From a virus (lineage: Duplodnaviria; Caudoviricetes): DNA of 64,000 nt. The notes below the pieces were generated by a model. That model was not told where the DNA came from. It did not search any database and saw only the letters and a list, made by a program, of their open reading frames with translations. Shown in pieces: positions 29,606-38,904 of the stretch; the first letter of the stretch is position 1, and every line of letters begins with the position of its first letter. The position numbers were made by a program, and so were the translations under genes. The stretch is from the IMG/VR virus record IMGVR_UViG_3300032212_000003, positions 11,633 to 75,632 of that record; one strand, written 5' to 3'.

Positions 29606-30217
29606 CTACATCCCAAAATCTTCTTTGGCTTCCTTGTAGGCAGCCACCACCGCATTAAATTTACTGTTACTTCCTCCATTATCAGGATGAGCTTTTGACC
29701 TTGCAATTTTATATTTCTCTGTTAGTTGCTGTGGATCATCTCCAAAATAATCTAAAACCTGCATCCAGTTTGGTATCTCATCTTCATCTTCAAGATTTGG
29801 AAGTGCTACAAATCCATCGAATACTCTCTCAAGTATTTCTCCTGAACCCCACCGGTCTATACCTCTCATGGCTTCTATAGTTTTACCTATAGCGTATAAG
29901 TTATCGGCTACTTTATTGTACTTATCCAATGCTATTACTTTTCTAGACTCTCCCTCTTTCCACCACACCGATACTCCTTTATCCTGTGGCTCTTTTTGAT
30001 TTGAGTAAGGATATCCGTCCAGCCTTAGTTTTAAATTAGTGGATATTATTATGTTACAGCTACCTATTCCTTTTCTTTTTAATTCTGCCAATACAAAATC
30101 AATTGCCTTTGCTATCGTTAAAGGACGTTTACCTTGTCCAAACCTGCTAGGAATTGTTGATTCAGTTCTTCTCCAACCTGCAGGCCATGTTAATGGGGAG
30201 TTTGATATAGGTTCCAT
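29606..30217 (-). CDS. Phage J-domain protein
   Basis: N-terminal PLTWPAGWRRT family domain, C-terminal J-domain with AHPDNGG. Confidence 0.85.
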   Translation of the reverse strand: MEPISNSPLTWPAGWRRTESTIPSRFGQGKRPLTIAKAIDFVLAELKRKGIGSCNIIISTNLKLRLDGYPYSNQKEPQDKGVSVWWKEGESRKVIALDKYNKVADNLYAIGKTIEAMRGIDRWGSGEILERVFDGFVALPNLEDEDEIPNWMQVLDYFGDDPQQLTEKYKIARSKAHPDNGGSNSKFNAVVAAYKEAKEDFGM

Positions 30218-30816
30218 TATCTTACTCCTTTGGAATCTTGCACCGACATATCACCGTTGTACTGGCCTTTAGTTCTGTAGCTAAATCTTTTAGGGACATA
30301 CTTGTGACGGTAAAATTTTATTTGCCCTATAGGCATACCTTTTTGTAATACTAAGGTGTGATACCTAAGTAAATTAGTTAACTCCAGAGTTAATCTTGAG
30401 CCGTTAAATCCGGGATCAATAAACCCAGCATTACAATGATCTAATCCACATCTGGCCAGAGAAGACTTCATATAAAATACCGCAGTTATGTTGTCTGGTA
30501 AATTAAATATTTCACAAGTGGCTCCCAATATGAAATTTCTAGGTTCTATACGTATCCAACCATAATCATCTGCTATTTTTCTAGTAAAGTTAGGAGTTTC
30601 TTTTTCGTTAAGGTATACGTTATTTACCTTCTCCAATTGTGTTTCTGTCATATGGTACTGATGCAAAGTTACATCTACAGAAGTGGCATTAACTTTTTCT
30701 CTGTCAGCTGTTATATAGCCTTTAGTTATTAACTTCTGTATTTCTTCATGAGTTAAAACACTGTAAGGATTAAATATCTCAACTACCTTATCTATAATTT
30801 TATTGAGTAGGTTCAT
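30217..30816 (-). CDS. dcd: dCTP deaminase
   Basis: VNATSVDVTL, KSSLARCGL, AGFIDPGFNG.LTLE, PIGQI. Confidence 0.93.
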   Translation of the reverse strand: MNLLNKIIDKVVEIFNPYSVLTHEEIQKLITKGYITADREKVNATSVDVTLHQYHMTETQLEKVNNVYLNEKETPNFTRKIADDYGWIRIEPRNFILGATCEIFNLPDNITAVFYMKSSLARCGLDHCNAGFIDPGFNGSRLTLELTNLLRYHTLVLQKGMPIGQIKFYRHKYVPKRFSYRTKGQYNGDMSVQDSKGVR

Positions 30817-31534
30817 CTTTAGATTTCCTTCCTAAGTAGATATCAACAGTCTCTTGAAAGTCGATGTCTATATCATCAAAGTTTTTTGCGCACCATGACA
30901 GATAACCTGTAGGAACTTTTCCCATAGGTTTACCTTTGTGTTTTCCAAAAGGCATTATTTCAAAAGCAGTTGGAATTAAAGAATACTTCCAGAATTCCTC
31001 AGCTGTATAGTTTAGTTTCTGAAGCATCTTTTGAAATACAAAATGATTTAATACGCAATCGTATACAGCATTGTGAGCCCCTTCTGGGTCCATGTCCCCT
31101 CCTAATGATACATACACATCAGAGAGCTTATGGCTGTCCATTTCAGGGTATAAACGTCTGGCCATCATGTAGGTATCTATGTAAGGAAATGCCAATATCT
31201 CATCGTTTACATTAGCCACTACCGGTATGTCGTAGTAATTTATATTGTGTCCTACCAATAAAGGGAACGGCGTAGACTTTAAGTAATTTAAAAACTGCCC
31301 TATTACTATATGTACTTCTGGTGCCCACTCAACATCACCATCACTGACTCCATGCACTTCTGTAGCGTCAGGAGGTATAGGAATACCTGGATCACATAAA
31401 GCATTAAATATAATATCTGGCACTTCTTCAGAACCGTTACATTTAAGTGCACCAAATTGCACAATCTTTGACAGCTCAGGTTCTTTAGCAGTGGTTTCAG
31501 TGTCAAAAATTATTGGTATCATTTCATCGGTCAT
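30800..31534 (-). CDS. DnaQ-like 3'-5' exonuclease with a C-terminal MPFGKHKG domain
   Basis: FDTETT, VGHNINYYD, AHNAVYD; start placed at the ATG at 31534 (RBS AAGGA). Confidence 0.9.
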   Translation of the reverse strand: MTDEMIPIIFDTETTAKEPELSKIVQFGALKCNGSEEVPDIIFNALCDPGIPIPPDATEVHGVSDGDVEWAPEVHIVIGQFLNYLKSTPFPLLVGHNINYYDIPVVANVNDEILAFPYIDTYMMARRLYPEMDSHKLSDVYVSLGGDMDPEGAHNAVYDCVLNHFVFQKMLQKLNYTAEEFWKYSLIPTAFEIMPFGKHKGKPMGKVPTGYLSWCAKNFDDIDIDFQETVDIYLGRKSKDEPTQ

Positions 31535-31550
31535 AACTTTTCCTTTGAGT

Positions 31551-31736
31551 TTAAGGGTGTATTTCTGGAGGTGGATTAGTGTCAAGGAAATTTAGTTTAA
31601 ATTTTTCCAGCGCATAATCTGCAAACTTTTCCGCATCCTCTGGGTGGTATGTATTTTTATTTGCTGCCCCTGCATTAAACGCACTACTCCAAACTTTCCG
31701 GCATAGTTTTTCATGTTCTGTAAGTTCTCTTTGCAT
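31551..31736 (-). CDS. Hypothetical protein
   Basis: RBS AAGGAG. Confidence 0.65.
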   Translation of the reverse strand: MQRELTEHEKLCRKVWSSAFNAGAANKNTYHPEDAEKFADYALEKFKLNFLDTNPPPEIHP

Positions 31737-31779
31737 GTTAATTACTCCTTAGATTTGCTCCCCGAAGGGAGCGTTAAAA

Positions 31780-34700
31780 TTAAGCAGCGCGTAAACGGGC
31801 CAACTCTTCCTGATACTTAACAGCTTCTTCACAAGCCAACATAATCGACTCTTCCGTGGGACGTACTCCCAGCTCTTTAAGTTTCTGCCAATCAGGCCCA
31901 ATAGATACATCAGCTTCCATCGGTATTGCATGCCCGGGAGGCGTCAGCTCCATAATATCAATCAACCTGGTCGTATACTCAACCGCTTTCGATATCGGTA
32001 CTGTAGAAGCTATCTCATCGTAAATCGGTGCCAGCAAGATGCTGTTTGTTTGTTGAAACAATTGCGTCTTTTCAATTTGGGACAGAACTATTGTTAAGAT
32101 ATCCGCCGCGGTTCCCTGAATAACTGCGTTTGCACCTTGGCGCTCCATTCTTCTTCGAACCGAGTTATCGCTGGAGAATATACTATTTCCCAAATGTTTA
32201 CGGTTACCGTATGCGGTCTGAGTGTAGCCATGCTTTCTTCCGAACTCTCCCATGGAATCCTGCCATGGCTTTATGTCTGGATATAAAGCAAACGTACGGT
32301 CCATCATTTCCTCGGCCTCCTCCTGAGGTATTATCAAACGCATGGCTAAAGTAAATGCTGTACCAAGATACGCTATCAAGAAGTTGGTTTGCTTAGCCGG
32401 GCGCTTTCTAACATCATTCATTTCCTTATGAAGTTCGTGATCCTTGTCCTTCAATATGGCATTATAAGCCTCGTAATCCATTCCTGCTATGCCAGAGCCC
32501 GTAAGACTGTGAATATCCTTGCGGTTGGCTCCTATGTAAGCCGATTGCATGGTTTTGTCTCCACACTCAGAAGCCAGTATACGCAACTCCTGCTGACTGA
32601 AGTCAGGTGCGATGATAACTCGAGGTTCCTCATAAGGGATCCAGATATTTGTACAGGGGTTGAACTTCTCTTTGTTCGGCAAGAATACACTACGCATATC
32701 GCCGTCAATTTGATGTTTACTAACCTGCAGTATATTTGGACTGGTTCCAGAAGGTCGTCGTGTCACAGTGCCACAGTTTCGTATCTGAGGATGCATTCGA
32801 CCATCGTCAGGATGTTTCCACAAGGGATACTTAGTATGGTATAGGCCACATCTGGTAATCGCTTCCTTGGCTTCCTTGATTGCAATCATTGCGTCATATT
32901 TCCAAGACCCTTTCTCTACGTCATTAGCAAGTGCGGTATCTATGGCTAAATTGTCAGTGCCAGGAGATCCCTCTAATCCCAGCTTTTGTCTACCACTTCC
33001 AAACTGTGTTTTAGATCTGAGCCTTACCGGAAGACCTAGCATAGAATACAATACCAATTGCATCTGACTGGGGCTTCCCATGTTCAACTCGGTCCCGGTA
33101 AATTCTATTTTTCCTTCTCCCATGTAAGGAGCGCAAAAATCTGACAACTTCTGATACAGATCGCCTTCTCGTGCCTTAAGCTCTGGAATGGCCTCCATTA
33201 ATAAAGTTACAAACTTATCTTGAGTCTCATTCAATACAACCGCTTCTGCTTCTTTATCATCAAAATCGTAAGATTTGACCTCAGCAACCCATCCGGAAAT
33301 TCTAGATTTTGCCACTGACTCTATAGGGACATCTATCCCTAATTCCAGTACTACCTTGTTAAGATTTTTAACAGTAGGTATGAAGTTAGGCATAACTGTA
33401 AATTCCTCATAAGGAATGTACTGAGACCCGGCCCTTGCTTTGTCTCTGAATTTTTCCATTTCAGCTACTACCGACTCATCAACCGCCTTATTAAACTCTA
33501 CTTCGTCTGTTATAGATTCCCATTTCTTCTTAAATTTAACTCTGGCAAGTGCTTGAAGATTTTGACCATCAGCTGCTATGTATCCCAGTGCCCCCGCCTC
33601 ATTAAACTCACTACAATTTTCTTGCAGAGTTTCTCGTACAAATGCAGTTTTTTCTTTAATGGTGGCTTTGTCTCTTTCGTGTATCTCAGTTAACCTTTCC
33701 CAGTCAGCTTCAGTTCCGTTTATGAATGCATCGGTTAATGGGTTTTGAACGTAAGGACCATTCTCTTTGTAAAATTCCCATGAGCCTTCCAGCATCATGC
33801 GAAGTTTAAAGAATGAGTAAAGGTGGGCAGTGATTACACTGTCATCACATCCGTAGTTTACTGTCTCATCAGCTGTGCACTCGAACATACCTTTGCGGTC
33901 CCCGACCACTTCAGCATAGGTTTGCTGAGTATAATTAAACTCATTTTTGGACAATGACTTCAATCCAGAGGACTCATTCTCATCCACATACGATGACATT
34001 ATACTTGTGTCATAAACAGGATAATCAAGTTCCATATTTAACTGAAGCTTTGTAACCGCACCTTCGAACGCATTGTTGTGAACTACAAATTTTGTATGCT
34101 CGTGAGGAAACTCTTCCAGTAAAGTTTTTAAGGTTATCTTTGGAAGGTTATTACTGTCTTTATGATTAACAGGAATGTAGAAACAATACTGATTGTTTTC
34201 TCCAAAACAAAAAGAAGCTCCGGCTATTTCAGAGGTCATTATGTCTACATAATTTCCTTTGGTTGCTGCTTTGTTTAAATTTTCGTAGTGCGCATCCTGA
34301 GTCTCGTAGTCAAATCCTACGCAGGGACTTTTAGAAAATGCTTCAAGTGCCTCCTCTAGATCTCCATCTTCGATGTTTAAGCTGTCCAGTAACCAAGTCT
34401 GAACACACAGGTCTTCAAAGGTTTCTAAGCTATGTTCAAGGCAATGCATATCTGATAGTACTGCTTTTAATCTGTTTATGTCCGGCACCCTTCTGAACCA
34501 GTCTATCTTTACAATTTTATTGTTGTTTGTACCGATGCATAACTTAGGTTGAAGTTTTGCCAACTCGTATTGCAGTATCCAGTTTTCTTTATCCTTGGCA
34601 ATAAGTTGAAGCGCTTTATTTTCAGGACATACTTCCAGAGCTTCTTCAAGGGCGTCGAAGTTTTTGGTGGCAACGCATTGTTCCAACTCTGCTATGCCAT

Positions 34701-35379
34701 CATAATCAAAGGCTTTCACTAACTCTTCCCATTTCTTTGGACCGAATCCTTTGACGCCTCCATACTGGTCACTGGTATCTCCCAGTAATGACTTACATAC
34801 GGTTATAAGATTGTATCGTTGAACGGGTACCCCTGCCTCTGGGCCGCCTGAGAATTTATACATTTCAGACATCATGGGATCTAATTTTAGTTGCACAATA
34901 ACATCATCGCTTATTAGTGCAGTTAAATCCCCATCGGTGGTATATACCATCTTCTTACCTGGCAGACGTTCACACCAGTAAGCAATTAGATCATCGGCCT
35001 CTACGCCTTTTACTCTTCCCGCTGTGCATCCAATGGCTGCCCAAAAATTTTGCATGGCTTTGTAGAATTTAGCAGATTGATCTCTCTTTACCGGATCAGT
35101 GGTACCCTTCGCATCTTCACGTTTTTTCTTATAGTCAGGGTGAAGATTTCGTCTGTACTCAATACCTGAGTCCATGGCAATAAGTAAATTTGTTGGTGAC
35201 ACTATCTCAAGTGCTGGTGCCATATATCTATTGAGGAAGTTTCTGAAAGCAAACTCCGCTGTGTTGTACATCTCTCCGTCTTCACCCAGAATTCTCTCTG
35301 GATCTTTTCCCATGTTGAAGCAATGATGCATGACCGCTCTTGCATCTAAAATTACCCAAGGTCCTTCATCTTGTGACAT
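31780..35379 (-). CDS. polA: Family A DNA polymerase with 5'-3' and 3'-5' exonuclease domains
   Basis: EADDLIA (5' exonuclease), FDYET (ExoI), motif A PDFSQQELR, motif B RPAKQTNF (Phe at the 762-equivalent), motif C YDEI. Confidence 0.96.
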   Translation of the reverse strand: MSQDEGPWVILDARAVMHHCFNMGKDPERILGEDGEMYNTAEFAFRNFLNRYMAPALEIVSPTNLLIAMDSGIEYRRNLHPDYKKKREDAKGTTDPVKRDQSAKFYKAMQNFWAAIGCTAGRVKGVEADDLIAYWCERLPGKKMVYTTDGDLTALISDDVIVQLKLDPMMSEMYKFSGGPEAGVPVQRYNLITVCKSLLGDTSDQYGGVKGFGPKKWEELVKAFDYDGIAELEQCVATKNFDALEEALEVCPENKALQLIAKDKENWILQYELAKLQPKLCIGTNNNKIVKIDWFRRVPDINRLKAVLSDMHCLEHSLETFEDLCVQTWLLDSLNIEDGDLEEALEAFSKSPCVGFDYETQDAHYENLNKAATKGNYVDIMTSEIAGASFCFGENNQYCFYIPVNHKDSNNLPKITLKTLLEEFPHEHTKFVVHNNAFEGAVTKLQLNMELDYPVYDTSIMSSYVDENESSGLKSLSKNEFNYTQQTYAEVVGDRKGMFECTADETVNYGCDDSVITAHLYSFFKLRMMLEGSWEFYKENGPYVQNPLTDAFINGTEADWERLTEIHERDKATIKEKTAFVRETLQENCSEFNEAGALGYIAADGQNLQALARVKFKKKWESITDEVEFNKAVDESVVAEMEKFRDKARAGSQYIPYEEFTVMPNFIPTVKNLNKVVLELGIDVPIESVAKSRISGWVAEVKSYDFDDKEAEAVVLNETQDKFVTLLMEAIPELKAREGDLYQKLSDFCAPYMGEGKIEFTGTELNMGSPSQMQLVLYSMLGLPVRLRSKTQFGSGRQKLGLEGSPGTDNLAIDTALANDVEKGSWKYDAMIAIKEAKEAITRCGLYHTKYPLWKHPDDGRMHPQIRNCGTVTRRPSGTSPNILQVSKHQIDGDMRSVFLPNKEKFNPCTNIWIPYEEPRVIIAPDFSQQELRILASECGDKTMQSAYIGANRKDIHSLTGSGIAGMDYEAYNAILKDKDHELHKEMNDVRKRPAKQTNFLIAYLGTAFTLAMRLIIPQEEAEEMMDRTFALYPDIKPWQDSMGEFGRKHGYTQTAYGNRKHLGNSIFSSDNSVRRRMERQGANAVIQGTAADILTIVLSQIEKTQLFQQTNSILLAPIYDEIASTVPISKAVEYTTRLIDIMELTPPGHAIPMEADVSIGPDWQKLKELGVRPTEESIMLACEEAVKYQEELARLRAA

Positions 35380-35411
35380 AGCTAACTCCTAAACTGTTAA
35401 TAAATTCTAAT

Positions 35412-35443
35412 AAAAATAGTAGAGGACGTTTCCGCCCCCTACT
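35412..35443 (-). terminator. Intrinsic terminator
   Basis: 11-bp stem AGTAGGGGGCG-GAAA-CGTCCTCTACT followed by ATTTTT on the minus strand. Confidence 0.85.
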
Positions 35444-35455
35444 TAAGTGCTGACT

Positions 35456-36259
35456 TTATGCTGCTCTTAGGTATTTAAACTCCCAAGGGTAGAAATCATC
35501 TCCATTGTTAGAGACTTTAGCACCTACTGCACAGCGTGTAACCACTTCCTTTGGACTTCCCTTTCCAGTGAACTTAAGCATAGCCAGATGCCCACTAAAT
35601 CTCTGAACACCTGAAGGAGGAACTGATAGCATAACCATTTCTCCGTTAAGTTCTTCAGTATGATCAGCGCCCACCAACATGGCAGGAATTTCTAGATACT
35701 TTTTAATTTCCAGACTATCTACTCCCCACTCTTTTTTTAGTTGAGGAACTGTATTACCTTCCAGAGAAACTCCAGAGTCTTCCTTCATTACATCGTAGCT
35801 GAAGTTTACTCGCTTATCCTTTTGGATAGCACCGGCAGGCTTTATGAGGTATTTTGCTTTGCTTTGAGTAACAATAACATCTACAAACTTACCCAGAACT
35901 ACTTTTCCATTGGTCTCAAATACGCCATCACTGGGTAGTTTGATACTTGGAAATGAGAAATATCCCAGCTCAACGCCTTCGAACCCTTCTTCAGCTGCCT
36001 GGTCAGAAAAGTTTCCGCCGCCCGGGGTTGTTGCTACAGAAGTAGATTGTGCAGAAGTTGATACTTCAGTGCTATCCGAAGCCTGTTCTACAGCTGCTTC
36101 AACTTCAGTTTCTGTGTTAGCTACTTCAACTTGAGCTGCTTCAGCTGCTTCACTTTCTTGAGTAGGGGCTGCTTCATTAGCCGGCGCTGAATTAACTTCA
36201 GGTGATTTTTCTTCGTCAGTTTTAACATCGACAGGTTTTGTCTTCTTTTTTAATGCCAT
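35456..36259 (-). CDS. Putative ssDNA-binding protein
   Basis: Next to PolA; acidic disordered N-terminus and beta-rich core ending FYPWEFK. Confidence 0.5.
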   Translation of the reverse strand: MALKKKTKPVDVKTDEEKSPEVNSAPANEAAPTQESEAAEAAQVEVANTETEVEAAVEQASDSTEVSTSAQSTSVATTPGGGNFSDQAAEEGFEGVELGYFSFPSIKLPSDGVFETNGKVVLGKFVDVIVTQSKAKYLIKPAGAIQKDKRVNFSYDVMKEDSGVSLEGNTVPQLKKEWGVDSLEIKKYLEIPAMLVGADHTEELNGEMVMLSVPPSGVQRFSGHLAMLKFTGKGSPKEVVTRCAVGAKVSNNGDDFYPWEFKYLRAA

Positions 36260-36358
36260 TTTAATTCTCCAAAAATAGAATAAATTCTAATTTACAGTTT
36301 CAGTTTAATGTAGAGTTTTACATCCACATAAATAGTTTACTCTCAAGTCTATTTCATA

Positions 36359-36559
36359 TCAACCTCCTATTGTTAATTTAGGATCGCATTCAATATTGCG
36401 TGCCAATATACGAAGCTTCGCAGCTACAGCTGACCGTTCTTCTTCATAATTTAAGACTATACTGTGAGTTATACCGTCTTCAAATTCTAAATGGGCGGCA
36501 TACTCTCCTCCTTCGGAGCTGCAGGTATCTAACCTCACTGTATCAAGTTTCTTCGCCAT
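36359..36559 (-). CDS. Hypothetical protein
   Basis: ORF within the operon. Confidence 0.6.
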   Translation of the reverse strand: MAKKLDTVRLDTCSSEGGEYAAHLEFEDGITHSIVLNYEEERSAVAAKLRILARNIECDPKLTIGG

Positions 36560-36896
36560 TATCTTTCTCCAGTTTGTTTACATGTTTATCAAGTACCATC
36601 CCCAAATGATGAACAATGCTATTGGCCACACGTCCGGTTCCGTCAGGTATTACATACTTACCATTAGGATCAAAAGTTTCGGACATGTCCGAAATTATAT
36701 CTTTTATGTTGGCCCCTAAACTTACCTGCCTTGAATAAGAAGTCATTAAAGAAGTCACCCATTGAAACGAGTTCATCTCTTTACTATTTACGAAGAAAGC
36801 AGTGGGAATAGTTTCTCCCAAAATTGTAAAGTAAATAGTTTGCTCAGATTCTCCAGGAACTTTTAATTTGTAAGTGGCGCTGGGTATTGGACTCAT
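36543..36896 (-). CDS. Stand-alone NrdJb/TSCPD-like domain protein
   Basis: TYKLK...IYFTI...FFVNSK...SRQVSLG...SIVHHLG pattern of the class II RNR C-terminal domain. Confidence 0.6.
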   Translation of the reverse strand: MSPIPSATYKLKVPGESEQTIYFTILGETIPTAFFVNSKEMNSFQWVTSLMTSYSRQVSLGANIKDIISDMSETFDPNGKYVIPDGTGRVANSIVHHLGMVLDKHVNKLEKDNGEET

Positions 36897-37078
36897 ATTA
36901 ACTCCTTATTATTGGCCCACCATTCACTTATGAATATACTGCTTATGTTTCCATTAGTTTCGCAATAATCGTTGACTGCACTCTTTGGAATCCAAAACTC
37001 CTTGCTACCATCAGAAAATCTGTAGGCGTCTTTGGTTTGGTGTATAAACTCAACTGCTATTTCTATATCTGCTGCCAT
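36893..37078 (-). CDS. Small hypothetical phage protein
   Basis: QTKDAYRFSDG..EFWIPKS...IFISEWWA. Confidence 0.7.
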   Translation of the reverse strand: MAADIEIAVEFIHQTKDAYRFSDGSKEFWIPKSAVNDYCETNGNISSIFISEWWANNKELI

Positions 37079-37087
37079 AAGTTTCTC

Positions 37088-37393
37088 CTAAAGGTTATTA
37101 AAGTCTTCTAAACATTGTGGTAGATTACTAACAAACTCTACATTAAGAGCTTCAAGTGTATCAGTAAGTATGTCTCCAGATACTTTAGATACTCCTAACA
37201 AAGTGATATTTATAGCTATGGAATATTTTGCATTATAAGCATCTTGATAGTTTTTAAGTCTATTCAGTGTTTCACCTATAGGAAGGTTAGATGCAAACGA
37301 ACTTGACTTAATAGTGGCCGGAAATTTTAGCACTTGCTCATCCGTCATATTTCTGCCAGGTCCAAGCCACACACTACAGTTTAGTAATATCAT
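37088..37393 (-). CDS. Hypothetical protein
   Basis: ORF within the operon. Confidence 0.6.
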   Translation of the reverse strand: MILLNCSVWLGPGRNMTDEQVLKFPATIKSSSFASNLPIGETLNRLKNYQDAYNAKYSIAINITLLGVSKVSGDILTDTLEALNVEFVSNLPQCLEDFNNL

Positions 37394-37407
37394 AATATTA
37401 TCCTAAG

Positions 37408-38904
37408 TTAGGCTGCTTTCTTTCCTATTAAATCACGCAGCAATTCTTTATTGTCACGGTAAACTATATTAGCTTCACCTTCTTTGTGTAACATCTGTTC
37501 CAGTATTCTAGTATAGCTGGTATCTATAGCATCCAAGAAATAAATATTAACCGGCTCATCCTGCCCTGCCCTGTAAACTCTGTCAGAACATTGTGTAACA
37601 TCTCCCGGAACTCCTGTAGGTTCTACAAAAAATACATTACTGCATACTCTTTGAAAATCGAGGCCAGCCCCAGCAGATTTAGGGTGAGCTACAAGAACTC
37701 TACAACTATCATCGGTCTGGAACTTTAATTTCTCTTTGCTGGGATCTTTACAATATTTGCCTCCGTAAATTATAGCTGGATTAAATCCTTTATAGTATTC
37801 AAATAGTTTCTCAATGGTGTCATTGAAATGTGCGAATATTATTAGTTTGTTTGTTACAGGATTTACTGTATCTACAACTTCATCAACCGCTGACATCCAT
37901 AAGTTTACTATTTTCTTATCTTCAGTAAAATTCTCAGGGGTACTGACTATTTTCATTAACTTCATGCGAAGTGATGATTGATTTATCGCATCTATTATCT
38001 CATCTCCCATCTCAAGTACACGCTCCCTAACTAAAGTATCATATAACTTTTTATGTTTGGGATGTAACCAAACTGGAATCCTTGACACCAGTTTTTCAGG
38101 CAAGTCTAGAACTTCAGATTTTAGAACTCTACGCGCTTGCAAATATAGTCCATGATATAAGTGCTCGTGGTTTTTATACGCTAGTATCTGCTCATACTTA
38201 ACATTTTCATTAAATATGCAATGCAACATAGCGAAGTTATCCCAACTGGAGTATCTTCCCGGAGTTATTAATCTTATTAACCCGTAAGCATCTCTCAAAC
38301 CATTGTGAATAGGAGTACCTGTCATGGCTAAAAAATTTGACTCCTCCGTATCTCTTCCACCTATGAAAGAATTAACAGAGGCGTGTATTTTAGAGTCAGG
38401 ATTTTTTAAAGCTTGAGCTTCATCTGCTATCAAAACTCTGTAATCAAATTTAAGATCTCTCCAGTGCTTTAAAAACATCTGATATGACATTAACAAAAGG
38501 TTTGGAAAACTATCAGTGGCTCTCCATTTAGCTAATAAATTAAATCTTTCTTTGGGAGTTTGATTGAATCTAAGTATGTCTAAATGGTTTTCAGCTCCCT
38601 GAAGATTTGTCCCAAAACTTTCATAGTATTGGTTAACTAATATAGGAGGCATTATCCCTATTACTTTATTTCCTAACCCATTTTGGTACGCTACATACGC
38701 CTGAGATATTAAAGTCTTACCGGTTCCTGTGTCATCATAAAGTCCAAACCTTTCCCAATAAACTGCCTGAGACAATCCTGTAACTTGATGATTGAATGGT
38801 ACTAACGATGGGTCATCATTAATGTTTATTAATACATCGTCAGCCCACTCAGGAATGTCTCCTATGCCAGCTTCTTGTAGATATTTTTCAAGGGTCCAGC
38901 TCAT
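37408..38904 (-). CDS. SF2 (SNF2-like) helicase
   Basis: GTGKT, IADEAQ, MTGTP, GAGLD, QCSDRVYRAGQ. Confidence 0.92.
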   Translation of the reverse strand: MSWTLEKYLQEAGIGDIPEWADDVLININDDPSLVPFNHQVTGLSQAVYWERFGLYDDTGTGKTLISQAYVAYQNGLGNKVIGIMPPILVNQYYESFGTNLQGAENHLDILRFNQTPKERFNLLAKWRATDSFPNLLLMSYQMFLKHWRDLKFDYRVLIADEAQALKNPDSKIHASVNSFIGGRDTEESNFLAMTGTPIHNGLRDAYGLIRLITPGRYSSWDNFAMLHCIFNENVKYEQILAYKNHEHLYHGLYLQARRVLKSEVLDLPEKLVSRIPVWLHPKHKKLYDTLVRERVLEMGDEIIDAINQSSLRMKLMKIVSTPENFTEDKKIVNLWMSAVDEVVDTVNPVTNKLIIFAHFNDTIEKLFEYYKGFNPAIIYGGKYCKDPSKEKLKFQTDDSCRVLVAHPKSAGAGLDFQRVCSNVFFVEPTGVPGDVTQCSDRVYRAGQDEPVNIYFLDAIDTSYTRILEQMLHKEGEANIVYRDNKELLRDLIGKKAA

